The notes under the pieces were generated by a model. It was not told the origin of the DNA. It saw only the letters and a list, made by a program, of their open reading frames with translations, and made no database searches. 64,000 nt of DNA, from the NCBI GenBank assembly GCA_043228905.1, contig JBHGNT010000004.1, positions 17,546,001 to 17,610,000 on the forward strand. Direction: 5' to 3'. Below, piece by piece: positions 1-11,500 of this stretch. The DNA is from Azolla caroliniana. Taxonomy: Eukaryota; Plantae; Polypodiophyta. The first letter of the stretch is position 1, and every line of letters begins with the position of its first letter. The position numbers and the translations under genes are program-made.

Positions 1-2048
1 CAATGCCGCGACAGTCACGGATGGGTTTCCTCTCCCGTTCACGGATAGTGTCCTCAACACGGTGGCTGGTCATGAATGCTACAGTTTCCTCGATGGGTTT
101 AGTGGCTATAATCAAATCAGAATGCACCCGGACGATTAGGAGAAAACGACATTTGTCACAGAATGGGGTATCTTCGTGGCCGAGGTAATGATGTTCAGAT
201 TAAAGACGGCATTGACCACATTCCAATGCATCCTCACAGAGATTTTCAATGAGTATATCCTGACGTTCATGCAAGTTTTCCTCGACGACTTTGCCGTGTA
301 TGGCCAGCGGCTGGAGCATATGACCCAGCTACGCCTCTGTCTCGATCGATGTCGACAAGCTCAGTTGAGCTTAAATCCGGCAAAATGCGCATTCTTGGTG
401 ACAAGAGGCAACCTGCTCGGGCACATAGTCAGCAAGGAAGGTATCGCCATGGACCCGGATAAAGTGCAAGCCATTCTGAACACTCCCGCGCCCTCTACCA
501 CGAAGGCTCTTAGTTGATTCCTGGGCCAAATCAGATGGCATTGTCGGATGTTACGACACCTGGCCGATTTCGTGACTCCATAGCACGCGGCGGTGCATAG
601 ACTCCCATTTCAGTGGTCTTCAATAGAAGACGAAGCTTACCAAGCCTTGAAGTTAATGCTCTCCCATGCCCCTGTTGTACAGACACCAGTCTAGTCGAAA
701 CCTTTTCACGTCTTCGTAGACGCATCAGATATAGCCATCGGCAGCGCGCTCATGCAACGCACACCACCAAATTGGTACCGGCCAGTGTATTACACTAGCC
801 GACGACTCTCGGTCGCGGAGAAGAACTACTCAACAACTGAATGTGAGGCCCTCGGTATGGTCTACAACATCAACAAATTCCGGCATTACCTCTTGGGCCA
901 GAAATTCATATTCCACGTCGATCACTCGGCTCTCCTCTACTTGGTTAATAAGCAGGCCCTCACAGGTCGCCTGGTCCGATGGATGCTCTTGCTACAAGAG
1001 TTTGATTTTCAGATCTAGCACCGGCCCAAAGTCCAACACGTCGTAGCTGACTACCTGAGCTACCTCGAGTCAGGAGAACCAGCCAAGTATACGTAAGATG
1101 ATCTACCCGACGCCGCCCTTTTCAATCTCGCAACGGTGCCAGAAGAAAATGAAGATGAATGGATCACGGAGATGACCCATTTTCTTAGCACTGGCCTTCC
1201 TCCTGACCACTTGACCCTCGACGCTCAGAAATGACTAGCGATTAGGAGCCGAAACTTTTGCCTGGTCTCCAACACCCTCTACCACAAAGGCTTGGACGGC
1301 ATCTGGCGCCGTGCAATCCGTCAATTCAAGAAACAGACAATCCTCCAGGAGGCACATCACAGAATCGCAGGGGGACATTATGCTAGAGAGGCCACGACAA
1401 GAAAAATATGGCAGAGTGGCTTGTGGTGGCCCACAACAAAAAAAGATGCTCATGAATTCTGTCGACAGTGCGATCTGTGTCAACGCATGGGACAACCGAC
1501 CGAGCAAGCCCGGATGCCGCACCAACCCATTCTCCCGTTAGAGCCATTTCAAAAGTGGGGGTTAGATTTTGTGGGACCTTTCAAACCATCCATTGCTCGC
1601 ACCGGTAACAAATACATAATCGTGGCCATGGACTATTGCACAAAATGGGTCGAGGCTAAGGCACTACGGGATAACACGACTGCATCCACGGCAAAATTTG
1701 TATACGAACATCTATGGTGCCGATATGGATGCCCAATTGAGCTCATTAGTGACCAAGGCGGGCATTTTATAAACCACATAATTCACGAGCTCACTACACA
1801 CTACGCGGTCGTACATAAGAAAAGTACACCGTACTATCCTCAGGCAAACAGATTGGCGGAATCTACTAATAAAATTTTGCAAACAATCCTGAAAAAGATC
1901 GTCAATGAGAACCACACCGATTGGGATGATAAGCTCCAGAGTGCATTATGGGCATATCGCACCACATTTAAAACTAGCATTCAATCTACACCTTTTCGAA
2001 TGGCCTTTGGTTTGGAAGCAGTCATGCCGATCAAGTTCCAAGTTCCTA
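1..2048 (+). mobile_element. Ty3/Gypsy (non-chromovirus-like) pol remnant: RT, RNase H and integrase, with stops and frameshifts
   Basis: ORFs 176-517 (RT 'FLDDF'), 752-1018 (RNase H 'NYSTTECEAL') and 1292-~2048 (integrase 'GGHY..CRQCDLCQ', 'WGLDFVGP', 'ISDQG'), in Gypsy domain order; truncated by the window start. Confidence 0.92.
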
Positions 2049-2665
2049 GAATGTTGGGTTGTAGGCCCATAGCTTCTCCAATCGACCAAAAGATCAAGCT
2101 AACTGAACTTGCGGGAGAGAAAGTTGACCGTGAAAGGTATCAAAGATTGGTAGGTCGGTTGATTTATTTGACTGACACCCGTCCAGATATTTCATTTGCA
2201 GTAAGTGTGGTAAGTCGCTACATGCATGATCCAAGGAAAGATCATATGGATGCAGTGTACCATATTCTGAGATATCTCAAAGGTGCCCCGGGGAAGGGGT
2301 TGATCTTTAGAAAACATGGTCATTTTAATGTTGAGGGCTATTGTGATTCTGATTAGGCTAGTTGTGTTGATGATAGGAAATCCACATCAGGATATTGCAT
2401 GTTTGTTGGGGGCAATATGGTCTCTTGGAAGAGTAAGAAATAGTTAGTAGTAGCAAGGTCAACAACCGAAGCTGAGTATAGAGTTATTGTTGTAGGAGTT
2501 GCGGAGATGTTATGGCTGAGAACTCTCCTAGTAGAACTAAAGGTGAATAAAAAAAATCAGATGATGTTGTGGTGTGACAATAAGTCGGCAATCAACATTG
2601 CCAACAATCTGGTACAACATGATAGGACCAAACACATCAAAATCGACAGATTCTTTATCAAAGAC
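2049..2665 (+). mobile_element. Ty1/Copia RT C-terminus/RNase H remnant
   Basis: 'YQRLVGRLIYL.TRPDISFAV', 'GYCDSD*AS..DRKSTSG', 'CDNKSAINIA.N.V.HDRTKHI.IDRFFIK'. Confidence 0.9.
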
Positions 2666-4165
2666 CGTAGTCTTCCAATTCAGAGTTGGTGGCATAGTTT
2701 CTGAGTTGCCAAGTTGTGGAAGCCAACTCACCTCTTTTCTTTTGACACTCCTCTTCACGATGCTAGATCTTCCCACAATAGTTGCATGTAAAGGGCCTGT
2801 TTTGCTGGCCTTGTTCGGCATGGAAGTTCCCTCTTCTTCCGAAGGTTCCTCGTATGCTTCTGTCTTCTTCCCGAAGGTTTGAGTTAGCTTCGTGAGATGG
2901 GTTAAATCGACCTCCTTTGCCATGGCCAAATCGACCTCTTTTGTCGTGACCTTGTCCTCGGCAACCATTTGAGTTTGAAAAGAACATATGTCTTTCCGAT
3001 GTCTTAATCTTGGTTTGTTCATGGTTTTCTTCAACTAATAGCATAGATTGAAGGTCGAAGAACGAATGTGGTTTTTCTCTTGCCAAGATTTTCTTCCTTA
3101 TTGGATCGAACCGTTGTGCGAGGCTGCCCAAACATACTTGAACCATCTCATCTTCATCGATATTTATGTTGATGGAGCCAAGAGAGTCACAAATGTTCTT
3201 GATCTTGCTGGTGTAGTCCAACACGGACATGTCCTTTTGCCAAATGTTGTTCAACTCTTGCCAAAGTTGAAGCTTGTGGGCGGTCGTGTTGGCGGTGAAG
3301 ATTCTTCTCAAGTTCTCCCACGCTTCTTTAGGCATCTTGGCGTCTCAAATGTGGCTAAGCATGTGATCATGGACACATGTTACCAAATAATACATTACCT
3401 GACTTGCTCCTTGCTCCCACGTTGGCTAGTTGGCATTTGTGATGTTGGGTTTATTTTTGAGGTCGTCATTGATGTAACTCCAATATCCTTGACCGACTAG
3501 GTATTGGTTCATCTTGTACTCCCAAGATGAGAAATTGCTCCGGTCTAGCTTTTCACTAGGGAGCGAACTATCCATTTATGCATTCATGTTGATGTAGTGT
3601 CTTCCTTTTCGGCTTTTCTTCCTTCAATCACATACATGTGCTATGTAGTGGCACTACGATAGTGGATAGCCTCGGTTGTCATAGGCATCTTGAACACACA
3701 ATCACAAAGGGGTGGATGGGTTTAGGGATATACTAAACCACACACTCAAATACCATGTTAATAATTAGATAATGAACTAAGGGTTAATTAGTATCTAATT
3801 ACGTGAGTAGTTAATCACGTATGTGATTAAGCAGCGGAAGACTATGTGATATGTGTGTGTGTGTGTGAGTAAGGAAGTTAAGTGAGAGATGGAGAGTAAA
3901 TAAACTTATGAACAATAAGACAAATGGGGGATGATTAACAAGAGTGTAGCTTGAAGACCTTTCTCTTTATTAATAAGCATCAAGTTACAAAAATACCCAC
4001 AATGAGGTATATATACATCTCTTGTGCAAAGGTGCACATGTGTGAGGAGAATATAGGTACAAGAGTGTAAGTCCCATATTAAATGAACTTGGAAGTGGGG
4101 GATCTAGAATGTATCCTGACGCAAGTACTAAGTACAAAATCCTATTTAAGACTTTATAGTCAACA
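2666..4165 (-). mobile_element. Truncated Ty1/Copia 5' part: LTR (~3756-4165), Met-type PBS and gag with zinc knuckle
   Basis: Minus strand reads TGTTG...TAACA, then TGGTATTTGAG (degenerate tRNA-iMet PBS); gag starts at 3575 'MDSSLPSEKLDRSNFSSWEYKM'; 'CNYCGK' knuckle near 2780. Confidence 0.8.
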
Positions 4166-5317
4166 CACTAATTAGATTCTATTCATGTAACTATGAAGTT
4201 ACATGATTGACTAAATGGCTAAACCTAGTTGAACTTGATATCTCAAGAGAAGGCCAATGCATTATATTGCAAGAACATGTGACAATGGATGGCAATGGAG
4301 GCAAAAATATAAGCTTTGAGGGAAAGGTAATGGAAGCTTGGCACATCACCATGTGCGTCAGTGCTCGAAGGTTCAAACCTCAAATTGTTTTCAAATGGAG
4401 CAAGCATAAATAAATCAGATTAAGAGCACAAGTGAGATATATGCATCCACGAAGAGAAAGAACCCGAAGGAAGTTGTGGGCTTGAGGTTAGGATGAGTCC
4501 TACTTCATATTTAGATACAAATCTGTATTTTGGACTCAATGAGATCAAGCTAGGTGTGCGCCGATAACTCATGGAGAATGAGAAGAGATGGGAAGTGAGG
4601 AAAGAGGAAAACACTTGGAGCTCATATGATGATTCAAGAAGGAGTAGAGATAAGGTTCGCACACTTATATTATATGATGGGTTATGTTTAAAACAAAAAG
4701 TGCAAAAGACGACAACAAAGACTCTGAAAAAGAGGCAATATGGAAACAAGGTTTGGTGGATTGAGTGTTCTCCATGGGTATGGTGGAAGGAATGGTCTGG
4801 TGGTGTTGAAAGAAGAAAGATAAGGAACCATCGGTTTAGGTTCTAGGTCAATCCAACATAGATAGTTAGGTTCCAACTTGATGGAGGCAAGACCTAGCAT
4901 GCAAGAACTACTCAAGAAGAGGCGACGTGGTCGTCGTTCATTGGGACGTTGCACTGAAACTCGAGGATCTCCCCCTAAATCTTTACTCGTGATCTTATCC
5001 TCTCTATTTGCTCCTATCTTATTCCTATCATTCTTAAATTATCACTTGTTCACTCCATGTAGCGAATTCAAATTTTTCTTGTTGTACTTTCACTCTATTA
5101 AATTTACTATGGAGCTCACAAAATCTTAATATTTTATTTTTTCATTATTCTATGCGCCTAACACAAAGACTTCATGATAAGGATGGTGTTGGAATTTTTG
5201 GCTCAGAATTTCGAGCTTGGGACATAAAGTTACGTGAATTTTCACAAAAGTGCATAAATCAAGTCATCGAATCATCTTGTTGGGAAATTCATCACGTCAA
5301 TATGAATCCTTCTTCAC

Positions 5318-5503
5318 GAGCCTTCGACTATGAAGATCCTTAGACTCTATGGACCCTTTGACTCTAAGGAGCCTTCGAGTCTGAGGAGCCTTCGACTTTG
5401 AAGAGCTTTCCACTCTCAAGAGCCTTCGAGTCTTGTGACGTTTTGACTCTTGAGAGCCTTCGAGTCCTGTGACCTTTCAACTCATGGGAGCCTTCGAGTC
5501 TCC
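5318..5503. repeat. Degenerate ~18-bp minisatellite (GAGCCTTCGA core), about 10 units
   Basis: Recurrent gagccttcga(c/g)t units at roughly 18-19 bp spacing. Confidence 0.7.
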
Positions 5504-5940
5504 AAACATTCGTTCCCTCCCAGTCTCAGCGTCCTCCCTGGTCCAAGTCTCTTGTGGTCTCGCTCGAGCAGTACACACATGCCCATAGCTTAGCGACAAT
5601 GTGTATTACAAATATAAAGTAGGTTTTAGACACAAGGCATTTTGACTCAACATCCAATGCATTCATGCCCTCATCAAGTAGTAAAATGTGAGGATTTTTC
5701 AAAATCTCTCGTGCAATTGCAATCCTCTAATTCTGACTACTAGATAACCGAGTACCGTGCTCTTCCACTATAGTATCAAAACCCTAAAAGAGCATCATGA
5801 AATCACCATCTATAATGTTTTGGGTCATAAACAAATGAATAAACACTTAACCCTTATAACCATTGTTATGCTACTATATTATGATGTACACATAGTCGAG
5901 GGAAAAGAACATATGTACATATCTCTAGCAATTGTGACAT

Positions 5941-6425
5941 GAAGGTAGATGCATTTACTAAACCAACCACCTATTGAAACCCCTCAAGTGTTGCATTGTC
6001 CTCCCCATATGATGTATTGTTCTTAATGGATGTTCGAAAAAGAACTAGCTCTTAACCAACAAGCCCTATTTGGTTTCCAAACCATTTCAGTTGTAAAAGC
6101 TTGATATTGATTCCATGCAACAAAGTCATTCCACCTTGGGGATCATAAAACCTCTCAATTAAGTTGATTAGTGTTGACTTGCCATTGCCACTCTCACCAA
6201 CTAGGGCAACAATTGTCTTGCGAGCAATGTGAATGGATAACTTTGAAAATATCTTAACTTCAGGGCGTGTGGGATACAGGAAATCCACATTCACAAACTC
6301 AGTGTCTTTGTGTACATCCTCCAACACATCCCCTTTCGTGTGGTCAATGTCAATTTTTGGTACCCCTTCTAAGCTCCTACTTTTCCACAAGCAAAGGCAC
6401 TGATTGAAGGTGAAGCTTTACCCAA
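5941..6425 (-). pseudogene. ABCB: ABCB (MDR/P-glycoprotein) transporter gene fragment covering the end of TMD1 and NBD1
   Basis: 'LGKASPSISAFA', 'VDFLYPTRPEVKIF', Walker A 'VALVGESGNGKST', 'IERFYDP', 'IGLVG*E.VLF'; contains a frameshift and stops; rest of the gene is absent. Confidence 0.88.
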
Positions 6426-7380
6426 ACAATTCAAAAACTTGACGTAAGGATGATGATGCTCTTAAAATTCAAAAACTACATATGAAATCAAGGGATGCAA
6501 CCAAATAATTTATTGCATGTATATATATGTATATTGGTTTGAGGTAAACCCACATTTATGCTTGTTCATTTATATATTCAGTAAACACACTACATGCATA
6601 TCCCTATACATACACAAAACACACTACACTCATTCAAATAAAACTCAACATCAAGAAAGTTTGCATGTGAAGTTAATCTCTGTGTTTTTAAGGAGTTCCA
6701 ATGATCTACCTTGCTAAATGTAATTATACAGTCCCTACCATCAAATATATAAATCTGGTCACCTTACATGCATTGAAATTCATAGACTTTGCATTAAAGG
6801 TCATCAATGTTGAACTAAATTATCGATAGTATTTAATGAACTTATGGGTGGAGAAGGACATATGCTAAGAGCACCCAAGCCAACTCTTAGTTTCCCATGA
6901 ATGTTCAACAAATCAAAGAAATTGTAAATAAATAGATCTTGATGGCACTTGTCTTAAACTTTGAAAAAGGATATAAGATTGTGATTGATTATCTATTAAT
7001 CCCTCTTATACCTAGCATAGTCTTGCCTTATGATAATTTTGACAATACAAATTCTTCATAATGTCTTGCAACTGAACTAGAATATCCAAAAGCTCTTTGG
7101 CATGTTGATTATTCATCAATAGTACATTGCATCATAAGAATATGTGAAAACTTATCAATCAATTGCTTACGTCTTTTCGCATTAGTCAAACCATACATAC
7201 GGTGAATATCAATGATGTTTTTTATATTGTATCCCATGCATGCCATCCCTTTGATTAACATGTTCTAAAAATATACCAAAAATTTGTTGCAAATAGGCAT
7301 CAAATAAGGAATGGAACAATAAAGAAGAATTAAACCTCAAAGAAACTCTGTCAATCAACAGTTTGTACATATCTACCGCA

Positions 7381-7920
7381 TGTTGTTTCGAAACATATTG
7401 GAAAATGATCTGAGGTTACAACCTCTTGCATAATTGGCATATTAAGCATCTTTGGAAGATGGGTTTAAGTTTTAAGAGGAAATGTTTACTTTCCTCTTTG
7501 CATAGTACTCTAATCTATTTAGAGCAGAACATTCGTGACCTATTGATAGTGAATTGTTTTTGGACTCTCGTGGTTTTTATCCCTCGAGGGTTTTCCACGT
7601 TAACTTGCATTGTGCATGATTTTGTTGTTTTTCTTGAATAACTTGCACAAGATAATCTTTATTCCTTAATAAGTTTTAGAGTGCTATTGTAAATCTCAAC
7701 AAGCACAATTTGTTGTGTAATTTGTTATTTTTCTTGAATAACTTGCTCAAGATAATCTTTGTTCCCTAATAAGTTTTAAAGTGCTATTGTAAATCTGAAC
7801 AAGCATATTTTGGACTAGGTTCCATCGTTTTTATCCCTCCTTGAGGGTTTTCCACATTGACTTGCATCGCACATAATTTCGTTGTTTTTCTTGAATATCT
7901 TGCACAAGATAATCTCAACA
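7381..7920 (+). mobile_element. Probable degenerate solo LTR with internal tandem duplications
   Basis: TGTTG...CAACA ends; the 'gtttttatccct..gagggttttccac' motif, also seen in other Copia LTRs here, occurs twice; ~100 bp internal repeats; no TSD found. Confidence 0.45.
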
Positions 7921-8505
7921 GGGATACATAAATTTCATTCTCATTTGTCCTCTTCAAAGTAAATGGTAATATATTTAATTTAAGCTCATATATCAATAGC
8001 AAACTAGTCAAAATTGCTAAAATGATTAATCCCATGTGAATAAATTCAAAATTTGAGTGATTCAAGGAACCTAAGGTGCTTAAATCCCTTAGTCAACATA
8101 TTATATATGGCAATCTATCTTTATGATGCATTTTCACAAAACACGTGTACCATTCTCTTTGTACAAGTGCATCAAGACTTGAAGCCTCCGGAAGTATATG
8201 ATGGGGATAACGAAATATATTGGCTTCCATAAAATCAGAGATAGGCAATAGGCTATCTTTATACACAAGGAAATGCCCACAAAATCGTCAGTTCAATTTT
8301 CATCGCAAGGACACATTTCACAATACATAGTTATTCTTTTGTATATATGTATCTTAGACTTAAGCCTTCAAGTTCTATCCAAAATTTCGGAAGTCTTTGT
8401 TTGCAACATATTCTCTTCCATTGATGGATAGATAGATGACCATGAGGTAGTTTTCTCATTATACATAAATGCTCACAAAAATTACAACTACAACATAGAA
8501 TGATG

Positions 8506-11500
8506 TTATGGAGGGAATTCAATGATGGGGGAATCACCAAGTGAAGTTGAGCGATGCAGACTCTTGGAATAAGTAACTGATGAAAGTGGAGAATGTGTTT
8601 TCATCTCAAACAAAGGCAAGGGATCAACCGCATTCGGTCTTGATGGTGCAATATATGGTAAGGAGGGTTCTCTTTTCGGAGGTATAGGAAGCTTATGCAG
8701 CTCACTGATGATAGGGCCAGACAAACCTGCTTTTATTGGAGAAGTATAGGGTGATATCCTAGGCAATACAAAAACAGAGGTTCTATTTAACTGAGAACCA
8801 TGGTGATTGTCGGTGGTATCTGCCAAAACATCTCCAACATTTCCAATAATTTGCTTATTGTGCATTTTCGTCTTTGATTGCAAGGGCCCAGAGTGGCCAT
8901 ATCTGGCCTGAGATTGATTATGTTTCAACGTAGAGGATGTATCAATGTCCTCTTTGTGTGAGAAATTCATAGGGGAATCTATTACATGTTCAGATGATAG
9001 GTTAATCCGTCCATTTTCATGAGGGTCTTCTCTATCATATACCTCTTCCTTGAGTAGGTGGTGAACTACATTTGTATCAAATCTTACAGTAGGCTGATCA
9101 TGCTCCCTCACGCGTGTGTTCTTTGGATTGGGCAGTGCATATTTTGTAGCCTCTTTTTGTGGAAGCTTCTGCACTGAAAATTCTTCGGTGCCTACCCCAT
9201 TCCGAGTCCCTGATGGAAAGAGTGGTGCTGACTTGCTAAAGTTTGTATTCACCTTCCATGCATCTCCTCCACTATACACATCTGCTTCAGAATTTTTCAT
9301 CTATATACCACAAAGTCAAAAGTGAGCTTAAGGCAGAGCATAAACAAAAACAATTGATATGAATGTTCCTATATGGGCAAAAGAAGTTTGACCACTGGCA
9401 TCAATACTTTAGACAAGCAAGGAATGCTAGTAAAACTTACATCATCTACAGTCCCCGACACTGTTTCAAGATAATCATCATTTAATGCTCTATCGATTTT
9501 AAGCTTCTGAGACAAAGTCTCCACAAGGGACTCTACTGCATTTAGAGAGTTGAGACTTCTTTTAAAGAAATGACACTGCAGACAAATAAGGTAGTCGGTC
9601 AGACTAGTTTCTGTAGAAAAATATGAGCTTCTCACTACAAGATATAAACCCACCTGTGCTGTGTAGTGTCGAACAGCTTGTGTCATTAGGCTAAGCTCTT
9701 GCCCATGTTTCAGAGACTTGAAACGGATGTCAAGTTGTATTTGCTGTTTGTTTAGCTGCTCCTTCATTGTCAATAACTGATTTCCCCCTTTCTTAGTTTG
9801 AACTTTTGCTTCTTGAACTCTTGTTTCACCATACAAGTTCCTGCACATTTTGTAAAAAACATGCAGTAATCGACCAAGTCAACCATGTGTTGTTATATGA
9901 AGTATCATTTTAGGAACTGGACGCATGTAGAAAACTTAAAGCCTCAATATCTCAGTTCTCATTACTTGTTTTGCGAATTAATTGATAGTAATGTCTACAA
10001 CAATTAGGAATGGTCTCTCATGTCTCAAAAAGTTCCAAGTGAAGATTTTGTACAGCTCTACAAGAATAAGGGAAATGCAGAACTTGTAATGTAATTGGTA
10101 CCTGTTATCTGACATTAGATTCAGGAAATCAGCATAACTTCACTCCTTGTGCAACCCTAGGAACTTGATCTTACGTGAGCTATCCAAAGATCCGTATTTT
10201 TACAGAACTAATGGCGTTGTTTAAAATGAATTTTTACAACGTTTATGATTCCCTCTTTTTCTTTCATGAAATGTTTGCTACTAATCTAGCATCCCTTATG
10301 TCAAGTGTTGATCTATGGACCATCTTTTGTTCTAATGGAATTTCACTATCATCCAGACTTTTGGAATCCCCAGATTTAGAATTCAGTGAGTTGACAACTA
10401 GAAGAGACAACAAACATTGATTTGGTATCTTGAGATGAAGATCCTTGTTCCTATGAGAGTTGTTCTCTCTCGCTTGCATAAAGATTGTTTGGCTGAGAAG
10501 TATAGACTTTGTCAGAGTGAGACCATATTTTGTGGATGCCCCACACACCATTCTGGAATAGTAGCCAAGCACTTCACATAACATGAGATAACCCCATTTG
10601 CCAGTAACATTATTAGGCATGCCTTGCATCTTATACATATATGTCCTCTGTACTAAATGAACAATGTATCTAAACAAGGAAATCTAGTTATATAGGATGA
10701 TAAATGGGAAATTGCAAAACATAAATGAGGATAACACACCTCTTTTCTTCACACTGCCTTTTGACTTCCTGAAAGACAAGTATAGAAAATCATAAAATAT
10801 GGTTATCTGGTATAGCTATACATTAAGAAAGCACTGTTATACCTCAAAAGACTGGATCTCTTTCAGTATGTTCTCAGTAGGCCTAATAATAGTTTGAGAA
10901 ATATGTGTTGCCTGAAATAACAACAGGTGCTTCAATATTAAGAAAGAAAACTATTTGCCATGGATGAAAATCCTAAGGCTACTTGACGTATTTCTTACAT
11001 ATGTGTCAAGCAGTTTTGAGATCTCATATTGGACTTTTGCCAGCATGCTAAAGACGGTAGCTGAATTAAAAAATAAGAGCCACATCTACATCAGTGTCCA
11101 CTTATGTTTCGTTTCTTTTGTATCTGTATAATGACCAGAGAACTGGGTGATGTACATGCGCAAGATCTGCATGATTTGGATGCTTACAGAATGTAACTTT
11201 AAAAACATGTTCTCCCTCTCTTAAAGACTAATGTTCCTGAGCACAAGTGCATTCATTTACATGAATCAACACATTCAAATAATAGAAAAAATTTCAACCA
11301 AATATGCTGCAGAATTCGTTATCAGTCAAGGTAACTAGTATAGCTAGATGCTGTGCCTGATATAGTCACTACATAGTAGAGTAATATTAAAATCTATGTA
11401 CATTTATAAAACCAAAAGATTTTAAGCTACCAAATTTGTAAGTGTGATATTTTATGAGCACACTGACATATTCTAAAGATATCAACAGAAATATGATAAA

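Noticed and set aside
6700-7300. Possible degenerate transposase on the minus strand
   Set aside because: Multiple stops and no recognisable family motif
10264-10677. 137-aa ORF in intron 6 as an extra exon
   Set aside because: The gene model is complete and in phase without it, and it shows no family similarity
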